From an uncultured Gammaproteobacteria bacterium (GTDB lineage Bacteria; Pseudomonadota; Gammaproteobacteria; JADZEE01): a stretch of DNA of 36,785 nucleotides. Below, piece by piece: positions 7,880-16,694 of this stretch. Numbering within the stretch: position 1 is the first letter of the stretch; every line of letters begins with the position of its first letter. Location: the NCBI GenBank assembly GCA_964404305.1, contig CAYOJP010000004.1:1624-38408 (forward strand), given 5' to 3'. The notes under the pieces are model-generated. The model had not been told where the DNA came from and ran no database searches. It saw only the letters and a list, made by a program, of their open reading frames with translations. A program made the translations under genes and the position numbers.

Positions 7880-8914
7880 TTGACGCGCCCGCCGGCCGAC
7901 AGCCGGCGCCGTCCCGCGGATCCCCTGGTGCGCCTCCTTCCCCTCATCGCCCTGCTCGGGTCCTGCGCCGCGGGCGGACCCGCGCGGGCCATCGACGTCG
8001 GCGAGCCGCATCGCTTCTCGCAGACACACCCGGAAGGGTCGGTCTACATGGGCGTGCGTCTGCGCGGCGCGCTCCTGCTGCACCGGGACGAGGTCGACGG
8101 CTACGGCCTGCGACAGCTCTCGGCCCTGGCATGGGATGCCGACGACGGCTTGCTGTATGCGCTGTCCGACGATGGCTATCTCTGTCATCTGCGGCCGCGC
8201 TTCGAGAACGGCATGCTCGCCGGCATCGACTACGTCGCCGCCCATCCCTTGCTGGAAACCGATGGCACCCCGGTCACCGGCGACGCCGCGGACAGCGAGG
8301 GCATCGCGCTCGAGAACGGCGACAACGGCATCGCCGGGGATGCCCGGCTCACGGTGTCGTTCGAGATCGCGCCCCGCCTGCTGCAGTTCACGCCGGAGGG
8401 TCGCCAGAGCGGCCGGATCGCGCTGCCGGAGGACCTGCGTGAACCGGCCGCCTACGGCGGCAGGAACGCGATGCTGGAGGGGCTCGCATTGCACCCGGTG
8501 CACGGCCTGCTGGTGGCGCCGGAACGGCCGCTCGCCGGCGCGACGCAGGCCACCCTCCCCATCTACGACGCCAGCGGTCCACGCTGGCAGTATGTCCCGA
8601 CCGACCCCGCGTACAGCGCGCTCGTGAGCCTGGAAACGACACCCGAGGGCGAGCTGCTGGTACTCGAGCGCCGCTACAAGAACATCTTCAGCCCGGTATG
8701 GTTCGCCCTGCGGCGCATCCCGCTGGACGCTGCCGGCGGCACGCCCGTGCCGGTCGATATCGTCCGCTTCGACAGCGGCGGTGAGTTCCGGATCGACAAT
8801 TTCGAGGCGGTCGCCCGGCACGAGGGCAACCGCTACTTCCTCGTCAGCGACGATAACCGCAGCTCGATCCAGCGCACGGTGCTCATCTACGTCGAGATCG
8901 AACCGACGCCGTGA
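7880..8914 (+). CDS. esterase-like activity of phytase family protein (exported, possibly lipoprotein)
   Basis: LSALAWDADDGLLYALSDDG, DSEGIAL, NAMLEGLAL and NFEAVA...YFLVSDDN resemble the phytase-like beta-propeller family. N-terminal LLPLIALLGSCAAG. The start is TTG 7880 or GTG 7928. Confidence 0.65.
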   Translation: MTRPPADSRRRPADPLVRLLPLIALLGSCAAGGPARAIDVGEPHRFSQTHPEGSVYMGVRLRGALLLHRDEVDGYGLRQLSALAWDADDGLLYALSDDGYLCHLRPRFENGMLAGIDYVAAHPLLETDGTPVTGDAADSEGIALENGDNGIAGDARLTVSFEIAPRLLQFTPEGRQSGRIALPEDLREPAAYGGRNAMLEGLALHPVHGLLVAPERPLAGATQATLPIYDASGPRWQYVPTDPAYSALVSLETTPEGELLVLERRYKNIFSPVWFALRRIPLDAAGGTPVPVDIVRFDSGGEFRIDNFEAVARHEGNRYFLVSDDNRSSIQRTVLIYVEIEPTP

Positions 8915-8956
8915 AGCGCCGGCGCTGCGCCGCGAGCCCTGCGTCGCGAACGCGCG

Positions 8957-9847
8957 TCAGGATGCCGCGGTCCGCCGGCGCTCCACCGCGCAGTCGAGCG
9001 CGAAGGCCAGTTGCCGCAGGTGCAGCGAGCGGCCGGCGTGGTGATGATCGATGTTGTGTCCGACGCCCCGGAACAGCCACGCGTCGAGGAATGGTGCCCC
9101 CGTGAACAGGCGCGCGAAGGCGTCGAGCCTGTCTCGATCGACCGTCCACAGCGCCTCGAACTCGGCCATCGAGCACTGCACCGGCACGCGCACGCCGGCA
9201 GCCAGCCGCGGCGCGTCCGCCGGCCAGGTGTCGTAGACCTCCAGCAGCTCGCCACGCGGCACCGGGCCGGTGGTGTGGGCGGCCCGGGCGACGATGTCAG
9301 CTTCGCGTGTCCACGGCGGGCCGTACATGAGGGCGGCGCGAGCCTCATCCGGCACGAGCACGGTCGGCAGCGGCGGCGCCTCGTGCCAGACGTTCGCCAG
9401 GTGCGGCGGAGTGGCCGTGCCGATACCGTGGATCGACAGCCCCAGCAGCGGCCAGGACGTTGCGCCCGCCCCCAGATGCACCGAGATGGCCCCGCCGATC
9501 GAATGCCCGACCAGCACCACGCCAGGGCATCCCGCGGGCGCCCGCTCGAGCAGTTCGACGATGGCGGCTTCCAGGACCGCGGCGTTGGCTGCGAACGAGA
9601 CCCGATCCTCGGGCAACGGCGTGCTGCCGGCGTACCCGGGGCGATCGAGCGCGATCGCCTGCAGTCCGTTGGCGATCGCCGCGTCGAGCAGCGAGTATCC
9701 GGGGACGTCAAAGTAGCCGGACGTGTAGCTGCCTCCATGGATGCAGACGACGAGCGGGGTGCCGGCCCGTCCCGGCGGCGTATGCACCCCGGTGACGACG
9801 CCTCCCCCGGTGTCGATCCTGATCCGGTCCCGCTGTCCGCCCGTCAT
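8957..9847 (-). CDS. alpha/beta hydrolase
   Basis: VVCIHGGS and the nucleophile elbow VGHSIGG. The ATG at 9847 is preceded by GGAAAGGTG. The track GTG start at 9889 is less likely. Confidence 0.8.
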   Translation of the reverse strand: MTGGQRDRIRIDTGGGVVTGVHTPPGRAGTPLVVCIHGGSYTSGYFDVPGYSLLDAAIANGLQAIALDRPGYAGSTPLPEDRVSFAANAAVLEAAIVELLERAPAGCPGVVLVGHSIGGAISVHLGAGATSWPLLGLSIHGIGTATPPHLANVWHEAPPLPTVLVPDEARAALMYGPPWTREADIVARAAHTTGPVPRGELLEVYDTWPADAPRLAAGVRVPVQCSMAEFEALWTVDRDRLDAFARLFTGAPFLDAWLFRGVGHNIDHHHAGRSLHLRQLAFALDCAVERRRTAAS

Positions 9848-9895
9848 GTCCGCACCTTTCCCTGGAGTCCGCTGCCAAGGGTAGCGCACTCCGCT

Positions 9896-11236
9896 TCACC
9901 CGAGCGCATCCCGTACCCGCCCGAACGCCAGCCCCGCTCGCAACTGCCACAGCCAGGTCGCCGGCCACGGCAACCGCGGGGGCAGGCCCTCGCACACCGC
10001 CAGCCGTGCCGCCGGCTCGCCGGCGAGCCGCCGGGCCAGTTCGCGCCCTGCCCAGGTCATGAACGCGACACCGTTGCCGTGGCAGCCGAATGCGAACGCA
10101 ATGGACGGATCGTCCGGGAGCGTCCCGAGCGCCGGCGCGAGGCGGGGCGTCGCGGCGATGAAGCCCCGCCATGCGTGCGTGATGCCAGCGTCACCGAAGG
10201 CCGGGAACAGCGCGCGCAGCCGGCGGGTCAGCCGCCCCTGCATCGCCTCGGCGTCGGCCGGACGGCCGGTCGTGTCGCCCCGGCCACCGAGCAGCAGCCG
10301 GTGGCCGGGCAGCATGCGCAGGTACGTGAGGTGGGTGCGCGTGTCGCTGGCGGGTGCATCCGTGTGCCAGCCCTGCGCGGCGCGCTCGGCGGCAGTCAGT
10401 GGTCGCGTGACGACGATGTTCGACAGGATCGGCAGCACGCGCCCGCGCAGTGACGGCTCGAGATGCTCGGGCGCCCACCCGTTCGTCGCGATGAGCACAC
10501 GCCGGGCGAGTACCGATCCGGCCGCGGTCGTCAGCCGGTGCCGCCCGCCCTCGCGCGTCCACGCAGTCACCTCCGAGCGCTCGTGCACGCGCGCGCCCCG
10601 GGCCTGCGCGGCGCGCGCCAGGCCCAGCGCCCAGGCGAGCGGGTGCAGCCCGAAACCCACGCCCTCGTGCAGGCCGCCGTGCTGGCCGGTGCAGGCGAAG
10701 GCTTCCCGCGCGAAGGCCTCCCGCGACAGCACGCGCGCCGGCACGCCCAGGCGCGCGAGAGCCTCGGCCTGCACGCGCTGCGCGGCGGCCTGCCGGGGCG
10801 AATGTGCGAAGGTCCAGATGCCGTCGCCGCGGCGCCCGATGTCGATGCCCTCCTCCGCGGCGATCGATTCCACCAGCCGCACGGCCTCCACGAGCGCGCG
10901 ATAGAAGGCGACAGTCTCGGTCTCGCCGTGCCGGGCACGCAGCGCGCCGGCGTCCAGGAACGAGGCGCCGATGCAGCAGAACCCGGCATTGCGACCGGAA
11001 GCGCCCCAGCCGACGGGCCCGGCCTCCAGGACGCGCGCCTCGATGCCGGCGCGGGCGAGGTGCAGGGCCGCCGAAAGGCCGCAGTAACCGCCACCGATGA
11101 TCGCGACCTCGGCGGCGGTATCCAGCGCCAGCGGCGCGCAGTCGAGCTGCGGGAGCCGCGCGCGATCCTCCTCCCACAGGCTCGGGACCGGCTGCGCGTA
11201 CCCGTACAGCGCGTCGTGATAGAGCCGTCCGGCCAC
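9896..11236 (-). CDS. FAD-dependent oxidoreductase (DAO family, PuuB-like amine oxidase type)
   Basis: VAIIGGGYCGLSAALHLARAG...GASGRNAG dinucleotide fold. Overall resemblance to gamma-glutamylputrescine oxidoreductase-type enzymes. The start lies 3 nt after the ALDH stop. Confidence 0.8.
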   Translation of the reverse strand: MAGRLYHDALYGYAQPVPSLWEEDRARLPQLDCAPLALDTAAEVAIIGGGYCGLSAALHLARAGIEARVLEAGPVGWGASGRNAGFCCIGASFLDAGALRARHGETETVAFYRALVEAVRLVESIAAEEGIDIGRRGDGIWTFAHSPRQAAAQRVQAEALARLGVPARVLSREAFAREAFACTGQHGGLHEGVGFGLHPLAWALGLARAAQARGARVHERSEVTAWTREGGRHRLTTAAGSVLARRVLIATNGWAPEHLEPSLRGRVLPILSNIVVTRPLTAAERAAQGWHTDAPASDTRTHLTYLRMLPGHRLLLGGRGDTTGRPADAEAMQGRLTRRLRALFPAFGDAGITHAWRGFIAATPRLAPALGTLPDDPSIAFAFGCHGNGVAFMTWAGRELARRLAGEPAARLAVCEGLPPRLPWPATWLWQLRAGLAFGRVRDALG

Positions 11237-11239
11237 GCC

Positions 11240-12748
11240 TCAGGCCGGGCCCGGGAAGGCCGCGTCGTCGGCATAGGGAAACCATGACGCGTCCTCGGGA
11301 GTGGCCCTCGGATTGATGACGACGAACTTGGTCGAGCGGAACTGCTCGAGACCCTCCGAGCCCAGTTCGCGCCCGACGCCGCTCTTCTTGCGGCCGCCGA
11401 ACGGCGCGGCGTCGTTGTCGAGCAGCGGGTTGTTGACCCAGACCATGCCGGTGTCGAGTTCGTCCACCGCGCGCATGGCTTCCTCCAGATCCTTGGTGTA
11501 GATGTTGGCGCCGTGGCCGTACTCGGAGCGGTTGGCCAGCGCGATCGCCTCGTCGAAATCGTCCACCCGCACGACCGGCGCGACCGGGCCGAAACTCTCG
11601 GCGTTGACGATCGCCATGTCCGGCGTCACGCCGGCGAGCACCGTGGGCTCCACGAACCAGCCGCGATTGAAGCCGGCCGGGCGGCCGCCGCCGGCAACGG
11701 GCTGCGCGCCGCCACTGATCGCGGCGGCCAGGACCTCCTCGTAGCGATCGCGCGAGGCGCGGGTCGCCATCGGCCCCATGTCCACCTTGTCCAGGCCGTT
11801 GCCGATGCGCAGGCGGCGCGCCTCCCCCGCCAGCCGCTCGACGAACTCGTCGTGAATGCTCCGGTGCACGTACAGGCGCTCGGCCGACGTGCAGACCTGC
11901 CCGCAGTTCAGGAAGGCGGCGAAGGCGGCCCCGCGCACCGCGATGTCGAGCGGCGCCGAGGGCATGACGATGAAGGGATCGTTGCCCGAGGTCTCCAGCA
12001 GCACCGGCTTGCCGCGCTCCCCGCAGGCGCGCCCGACCACCCTTCCCGTCGCCACGGTGCCGGTGAAGGCGGCGCAGTGCGTGTCGGCGCTTTCCAGCAG
12101 CCGCATGGCGACGCGCGGGCCGCCGGTCACGCACTGCACGAGCCCCGCCGGCAGCGGCGCGAACGCCTCCATCATCAGCAGCGTCGTGAGCGAGGTGACC
12201 TCCGAGGGCTTGACGATCACCGCGTTGCCGGCGCCCAGCGCCGCCGCGGCCTGCCACGCGAACAGCAACAGCGGATAGTTGTACGGCATGATGAGGACCG
12301 CCACGCCCAGCGGCTCCTTGATCGAGCAGTGCAACTGCCCGGCCATGCTCGGGGCGTAGATCCGCCCCATCTCGTGGCGCGCGATCTCGGCGTAGTAGTC
12401 GAACGCGCTGACGGTCCACGCGACCTCGTCGATCGATTCCTTGTACGGCTTGCCCATCTCGCGCGTGAGCGCTTCGGCGAGGCAGGGCTGCAGGCGCTTC
12501 AGTTCCGCCGCCACCGCATGCAACCTCTGCGCGCGCTCGAGGCCGGAATGTCCGCGCCACCAGCCCGGCTGCGCGGCGTTGGCGAGCGCGATCGCCTGGT
12601 CGATCTCGGCCGGCGTCGCTTCCGCAGCACTGCCAAGGTCGATCCCGGTGGCCGGATCGAGCACGGCATGCGCCTGCGCGGCGGCCGAACGCACGAGGCG
12701 GCCATCGAGGTGGAGCGCATGCTCCACGGGCGAGAACAGGGTAGTCAT
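11240..12748 (-). CDS. NAD(P)-dependent aldehyde dehydrogenase
   Basis: 502 aa. Catalytic-Glu motif LETSGNDP and catalytic-Cys motif FLNCGQVCTSAERLYV. Confidence 0.9.
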   Translation of the reverse strand: MTTLFSPVEHALHLDGRLVRSAAAQAHAVLDPATGIDLGSAAEATPAEIDQAIALANAAQPGWWRGHSGLERAQRLHAVAAELKRLQPCLAEALTREMGKPYKESIDEVAWTVSAFDYYAEIARHEMGRIYAPSMAGQLHCSIKEPLGVAVLIMPYNYPLLLFAWQAAAALGAGNAVIVKPSEVTSLTTLLMMEAFAPLPAGLVQCVTGGPRVAMRLLESADTHCAAFTGTVATGRVVGRACGERGKPVLLETSGNDPFIVMPSAPLDIAVRGAAFAAFLNCGQVCTSAERLYVHRSIHDEFVERLAGEARRLRIGNGLDKVDMGPMATRASRDRYEEVLAAAISGGAQPVAGGGRPAGFNRGWFVEPTVLAGVTPDMAIVNAESFGPVAPVVRVDDFDEAIALANRSEYGHGANIYTKDLEEAMRAVDELDTGMVWVNNPLLDNDAAPFGGRKKSGVGRELGSEGLEQFRSTKFVVINPRATPEDASWFPYADDAAFPGPA

Positions 12749-12764
12749 CGGCGCGGTCCCTTCC

Positions 12765-13805
12765 TCAGTCGCGGAAACGCGGCAGCACCTCGCGGGCGAA
12801 CAACTGCATCGAGCGCTCGACCAGCCGCGGCTCCATGCCCGCGATGTCCATCTGGATCACCATGTCGGTCACGCCCAGCGACCGGGCGCGCTCGACGTCG
12901 CGGATGGCGGCGTCCGGCGCGCCCACGACGATCGGCGAGCCCAGGAAGTGCAGCACCGGGGCGTGCCGCAGCTCGGTCGCCGGTGGCACCGGGTCGACGC
13001 CGAAGAACGTCCCGCCCAGCGCCTGCTTCAGACCGGCGAAGTCGGCGTGTTCGCTGAACCGCGCCTGGTAATGCTCCAGGAAGTGATGCACGGCGTCCTC
13101 GGCCTGCGTCCACGCCTCCTCGCGCGTGTCGGCCAGGTGGTAGAACTCGAGGATGCCCTTGCGGTACTGCGCCGGGTCGCGCCCGTGCCGGCGCAGGCAG
13201 TCCGCGTAGAAATCGTAGCCTGTGCCGGTTCCGGCCAGGTGCGCTCCGTAGCGGGCGGCGCGGTCGAAGGCCTGTGGCACGGTGGCCGCGACCCACAGCG
13301 GCAGCGCCCTCTGCACCGGGCGCGGGTACAGCGTCATCGGCGGGATGCGGAAGTGCCTGCCCTCGAACGCGAAGTTCTCCTGCGTCCAGAGCCCGGAGAT
13401 GATCGCGAGCCCCTCCTCCATGCGCGAGCCGCGCTCGCCGCGCGACACGCCATAGGCGGCGAAGTCATTCACGAAGTTGCCGACGCCGAGACCGAGATCG
13501 AAGCGCCCGTCCGACAGCGCGTCGAGCGTCACTGCCTCCTCGGCCACCTGCAGGGGGTGGTACAGAGGCAGCGCCACGATGTACGTGCCGATCCGGATGC
13601 GGCGCGTGCGCGCGGCCATGGCCGCCAGCAATGGAAACTGCGCCGGGTAGAAGGCGTCGGTCGCCGGGTGGCCGGCGGTCCACAGGTGATCGTAGCCCAG
13701 TTCCTCGGCCAGCACCGCCTGGTCGAGCAGCGCCGCCATCTGGCGCCCCGCCGGCACCGGCCGGCCGGGCGGGCTGCCGGAATAGAAAATCAGTCCGAAG
13801 TGCAT
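12765..13805 (-). CDS. LLM-class (luciferase-like) flavin-dependent oxidoreductase
   Basis: MHFGLIF...AEELGYDHLWTAGH...RIRIGT...LSDGRFDLGLGVG. I chose ATG 13805; the track start at 13892 adds a non-homologous leader. Confidence 0.8.
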   Translation of the reverse strand: MHFGLIFYSGSPPGRPVPAGRQMAALLDQAVLAEELGYDHLWTAGHPATDAFYPAQFPLLAAMAARTRRIRIGTYIVALPLYHPLQVAEEAVTLDALSDGRFDLGLGVGNFVNDFAAYGVSRGERGSRMEEGLAIISGLWTQENFAFEGRHFRIPPMTLYPRPVQRALPLWVAATVPQAFDRAARYGAHLAGTGTGYDFYADCLRRHGRDPAQYRKGILEFYHLADTREEAWTQAEDAVHHFLEHYQARFSEHADFAGLKQALGGTFFGVDPVPPATELRHAPVLHFLGSPIVVGAPDAAIRDVERARSLGVTDMVIQMDIAGMEPRLVERSMQLFAREVLPRFRD

Positions 13806-14020
13806 CGGGCGTCGTCCTGGCTGGGGCACGGGCGGCGCGGCCTGCGCCGCACACGGCCGCACTCTGACATTCCCGGGAAAGGCCGACAACACGGCACCGC
13901 AGCACGCGCCTGCGCCGGCAGCGCAGCGGGTATGCTAGATAGCGGGGCGGAAATGCGCTGCACCCGACATTCGGAAACCCCGGGCGTCAGTTCGATCGAG
14001 ATTGACGCGGAGAGACTACA

Positions 14021-14977
14021 GTGACGGTGAAACCGGTCGCGGAACTGCTCGAAGGGCTCCCCTCCAACTGGGGCCGCTGGGGCGCGCACGACGAACTGGG
14101 CGGCCTGAACTTCCTCACGCCTGACGAGCTGGCGCGCGGCCTGGCGTGCATCCGCCAGCACCGGCCCTATGCACTCGCGGTCGTCATCAACTCCCCCGGG
14201 GGCGACCCGGTATGGCCCAGCCGCACGGGGGCCGTGAAGCTGATGACGCAGGATCGCGGCCACTACCTCGCCGGCAAGCTCGCGCCACTCGATGGCGGCC
14301 TGGAATACGCCGACGACCACCTGTCCATGTACCTGCAGGGCAGCACGCAGTTCGACGCGCTCGGGCATACCTGGTACGGGTCCCAGATCTGGAACGGCTA
14401 CGACGCCGCGACCACCATTGGCGGCCTGGAGAAGGCGAGCGTGCTGCCGCTGGCCGAGCGCACGGCCTGCGGCGCCGCGGTCCTGCTCGACATGGCCCGG
14501 CACCGCGGCCGGCCCCACCTCGCCAAGGGCGAGACCTTCGGCCTGCAGGACCTGCTCGACTGCGCGAAGGCCCAGCAGGTGACACTGCAGAAGCGCGACA
14601 TCCTGCTGCTTCGCACCGGCTGGCTGACGGTGTTCTACGATCAGGGGCCGGCGGTGTTCTACGAACAGCCGTTCCTGGAGCCGGGCCTGCGCTTCTCGCG
14701 CGAGCTGGTCGAGTGGTTCCACGATCTGGAGATCCCGCTGCTGGGCACGGACACCATCGCCAACGAGGTGACGCTCGACCCGGACACCGGCATCGTCCTG
14801 CCGCTGCACAGCGCCCTGATGCGCAACCTCGGCGTCATATTCAACGAGATCCTGTGGCTGGAGGACCTCGCCGCGTCCTGCGCCGCCGACGGGCAGTACC
14901 GGTTCTTCTACACCGCGGCGCCGCTCAAGGTGTTCCGCGGCACCGGCGCGCCGGTCAATCCCGTCGTCATCAAGTGA
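14021..14977 (+). CDS. cyclase family protein (arylformamidase-like fold)
   Basis: SNWGRWGAHDELGGLNFLT and DDHLSMYLQGSTQFDALGH are typical of the putative-cyclase family. GTG start preceded by GGAGAG. Confidence 0.7.
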   Translation: MTVKPVAELLEGLPSNWGRWGAHDELGGLNFLTPDELARGLACIRQHRPYALAVVINSPGGDPVWPSRTGAVKLMTQDRGHYLAGKLAPLDGGLEYADDHLSMYLQGSTQFDALGHTWYGSQIWNGYDAATTIGGLEKASVLPLAERTACGAAVLLDMARHRGRPHLAKGETFGLQDLLDCAKAQQVTLQKRDILLLRTGWLTVFYDQGPAVFYEQPFLEPGLRFSRELVEWFHDLEIPLLGTDTIANEVTLDPDTGIVLPLHSALMRNLGVIFNEILWLEDLAASCAADGQYRFFYTAAPLKVFRGTGAPVNPVVIK

Positions 14978-15002
14978 CGTGCCGGCCGTGAGCGCGACGC
15001 CG

Positions 15003-16670
15003 ATGCCCGCGCGGGTCTGGCACCGGGCCTACCCGGAGGGTGTGCCGGCGCGGCTTCCCGCGCCGGACCGCAGCATGATCGACGTCTTCGAGGCATCGGT
15101 GCGCGCGAGGGACGCTGCGACCGCGATCCTGTACTTCGACACTCCCGTCGCGTGGCGGACGCTGGACGATCTCGCCGCGCGCTTCGCCACGCTGCTCGCC
15201 GCACGGGGCGTCGGCCGCGGCGACCGCGTCGCACTCTACCTGCAGAACGTGCCCCAGTACGCGATCGCGCTGTACGGGCTGTGGAAGCGCGGCGCCATCG
15301 CCGTGCCGCTGAACCCGATGTTCCGGGAGCAGGAACTCGCCTGGCACCTGAACGACTCCGGCGCGCGGGTGCTGGTCGCGCTGGAGTCGCTGTACGCGGC
15401 GACCGCCGCGGGCATCGTCGCGGACACCGCAATCGAGCACGTCTTCACGACCTGCGAGCTCGACTGCCTCGCGGAAGGCGCGATTCCTGCCCCGCTCGCC
15501 GGCCTGGTGAAGCAGGTGTGCCCGGGCGCAACGGACCTGATGGCGGCCCTCGCCGACACGGCGCCCGATCCGGCCTGCCGCGCCCCGGTCGCCCCCGCCG
15601 ACGTCTGCGCACTGGGCTATACGTCCGGCACGACCGGACCGCCCAAGGGCGCGATGGCGACGCACGCGAACGTCGCCTACAACGCCGCCGTCTACCGCGC
15701 CTGGCTGCAGATGGACGAGCGCGATACCGTGCTCGGCATCGCCCCCCTGTTCCACATCACCGGCATGGTCGGACACCTTGCCATCGCCGCACTCGCCGGC
15801 TGCCCACTGATGCTCGCGTGCCGCTTCGACGCAGGAGAAACGCTGCGCCTCGTCGAGCGCTGGCGGCCGACGATGACGGTCGGCTCGATCACGGTCTTCC
15901 TCGCGCTGATGAACCACCCCGACAGCGCCGGCCGCGACCTGTCCTCGCTCGCGAAGTGCTACAGCGGCGGTGCGCCGATCGCCCCCGCCATCACCGACGA
16001 GTTCGAGCGCCGCTGCGGCATCTATATCCACAACATCTACGGCCTGACCGAGTCGAACTCGCCGACCCACGGTACCCCGCTCGGCACCCGCGCGCCGGTC
16101 GATCCGGTCAGCGGTGCACTGTCGGTCGGCGTGCCCGTACCAGGCTGCGACTGCCGCCTGCTGTCGCTGGAGGATCCGGCGCAGGACGCCGCCCCCGGCG
16201 AGCCGGGCGAGATCGCCGTTCGCGGGCCGATGATCTTCGCCGGCTACTGGGATCGCCCCGACGCGACCGCGCAGGCCTTTCGCGACGGCTGGTTCCTCAC
16301 CGGCGACGTCGCGACCGTGGACGCGCAAGGCTACTACTACGTCGTCGACCGCAAGAAGGACATGATCAACGTGTCCGGCTTCAAGGTCTGGCCGCGCGAG
16401 GTCGAGGATGCGCTCTACCAGCACCCGGCGGTGCGGGAAGCCGCCGTCGTCGGCGTGCCGGACGGCTACCGGGGCGAAACCGTGAAGGCGTTCGTGGCCC
16501 TGAAGGCAGGCATGGCGGCGACCGAGGCCGAACTCATCGCCTTCTGCCGGGAACGGATGGCGGCCTACAAGTACCCGCGCCAGATCGAACTCCTGGACGA
16601 GGTACCCAAGACCGCGACGGGCAAGTTCCTGCGTCGCGAACTGCGGGCCCGGACCGCCGCGAGCGGTTGA
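15003..16670 (+). CDS. AMP-dependent acyl-CoA synthetase/ligase
   Basis: MPARVWHRAYPEGVP parallels the FadD N-terminus. AMP-binding motif YTSGTTGPPKGA, plus GWFLTGD and the C-terminal PKTATGKFLRREL. Alternative GTG starts are at 14979 and 14988. Confidence 0.9.
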   Translation: MPARVWHRAYPEGVPARLPAPDRSMIDVFEASVRARDAATAILYFDTPVAWRTLDDLAARFATLLAARGVGRGDRVALYLQNVPQYAIALYGLWKRGAIAVPLNPMFREQELAWHLNDSGARVLVALESLYAATAAGIVADTAIEHVFTTCELDCLAEGAIPAPLAGLVKQVCPGATDLMAALADTAPDPACRAPVAPADVCALGYTSGTTGPPKGAMATHANVAYNAAVYRAWLQMDERDTVLGIAPLFHITGMVGHLAIAALAGCPLMLACRFDAGETLRLVERWRPTMTVGSITVFLALMNHPDSAGRDLSSLAKCYSGGAPIAPAITDEFERRCGIYIHNIYGLTESNSPTHGTPLGTRAPVDPVSGALSVGVPVPGCDCRLLSLEDPAQDAAPGEPGEIAVRGPMIFAGYWDRPDATAQAFRDGWFLTGDVATVDAQGYYYVVDRKKDMINVSGFKVWPREVEDALYQHPAVREAAVVGVPDGYRGETVKAFVALKAGMAATEAELIAFCRERMAAYKYPRQIELLDEVPKTATGKFLRRELRARTAASG

Positions 16671-16694
16671 GGCGGCCGGTCAGCGACCGGGACT

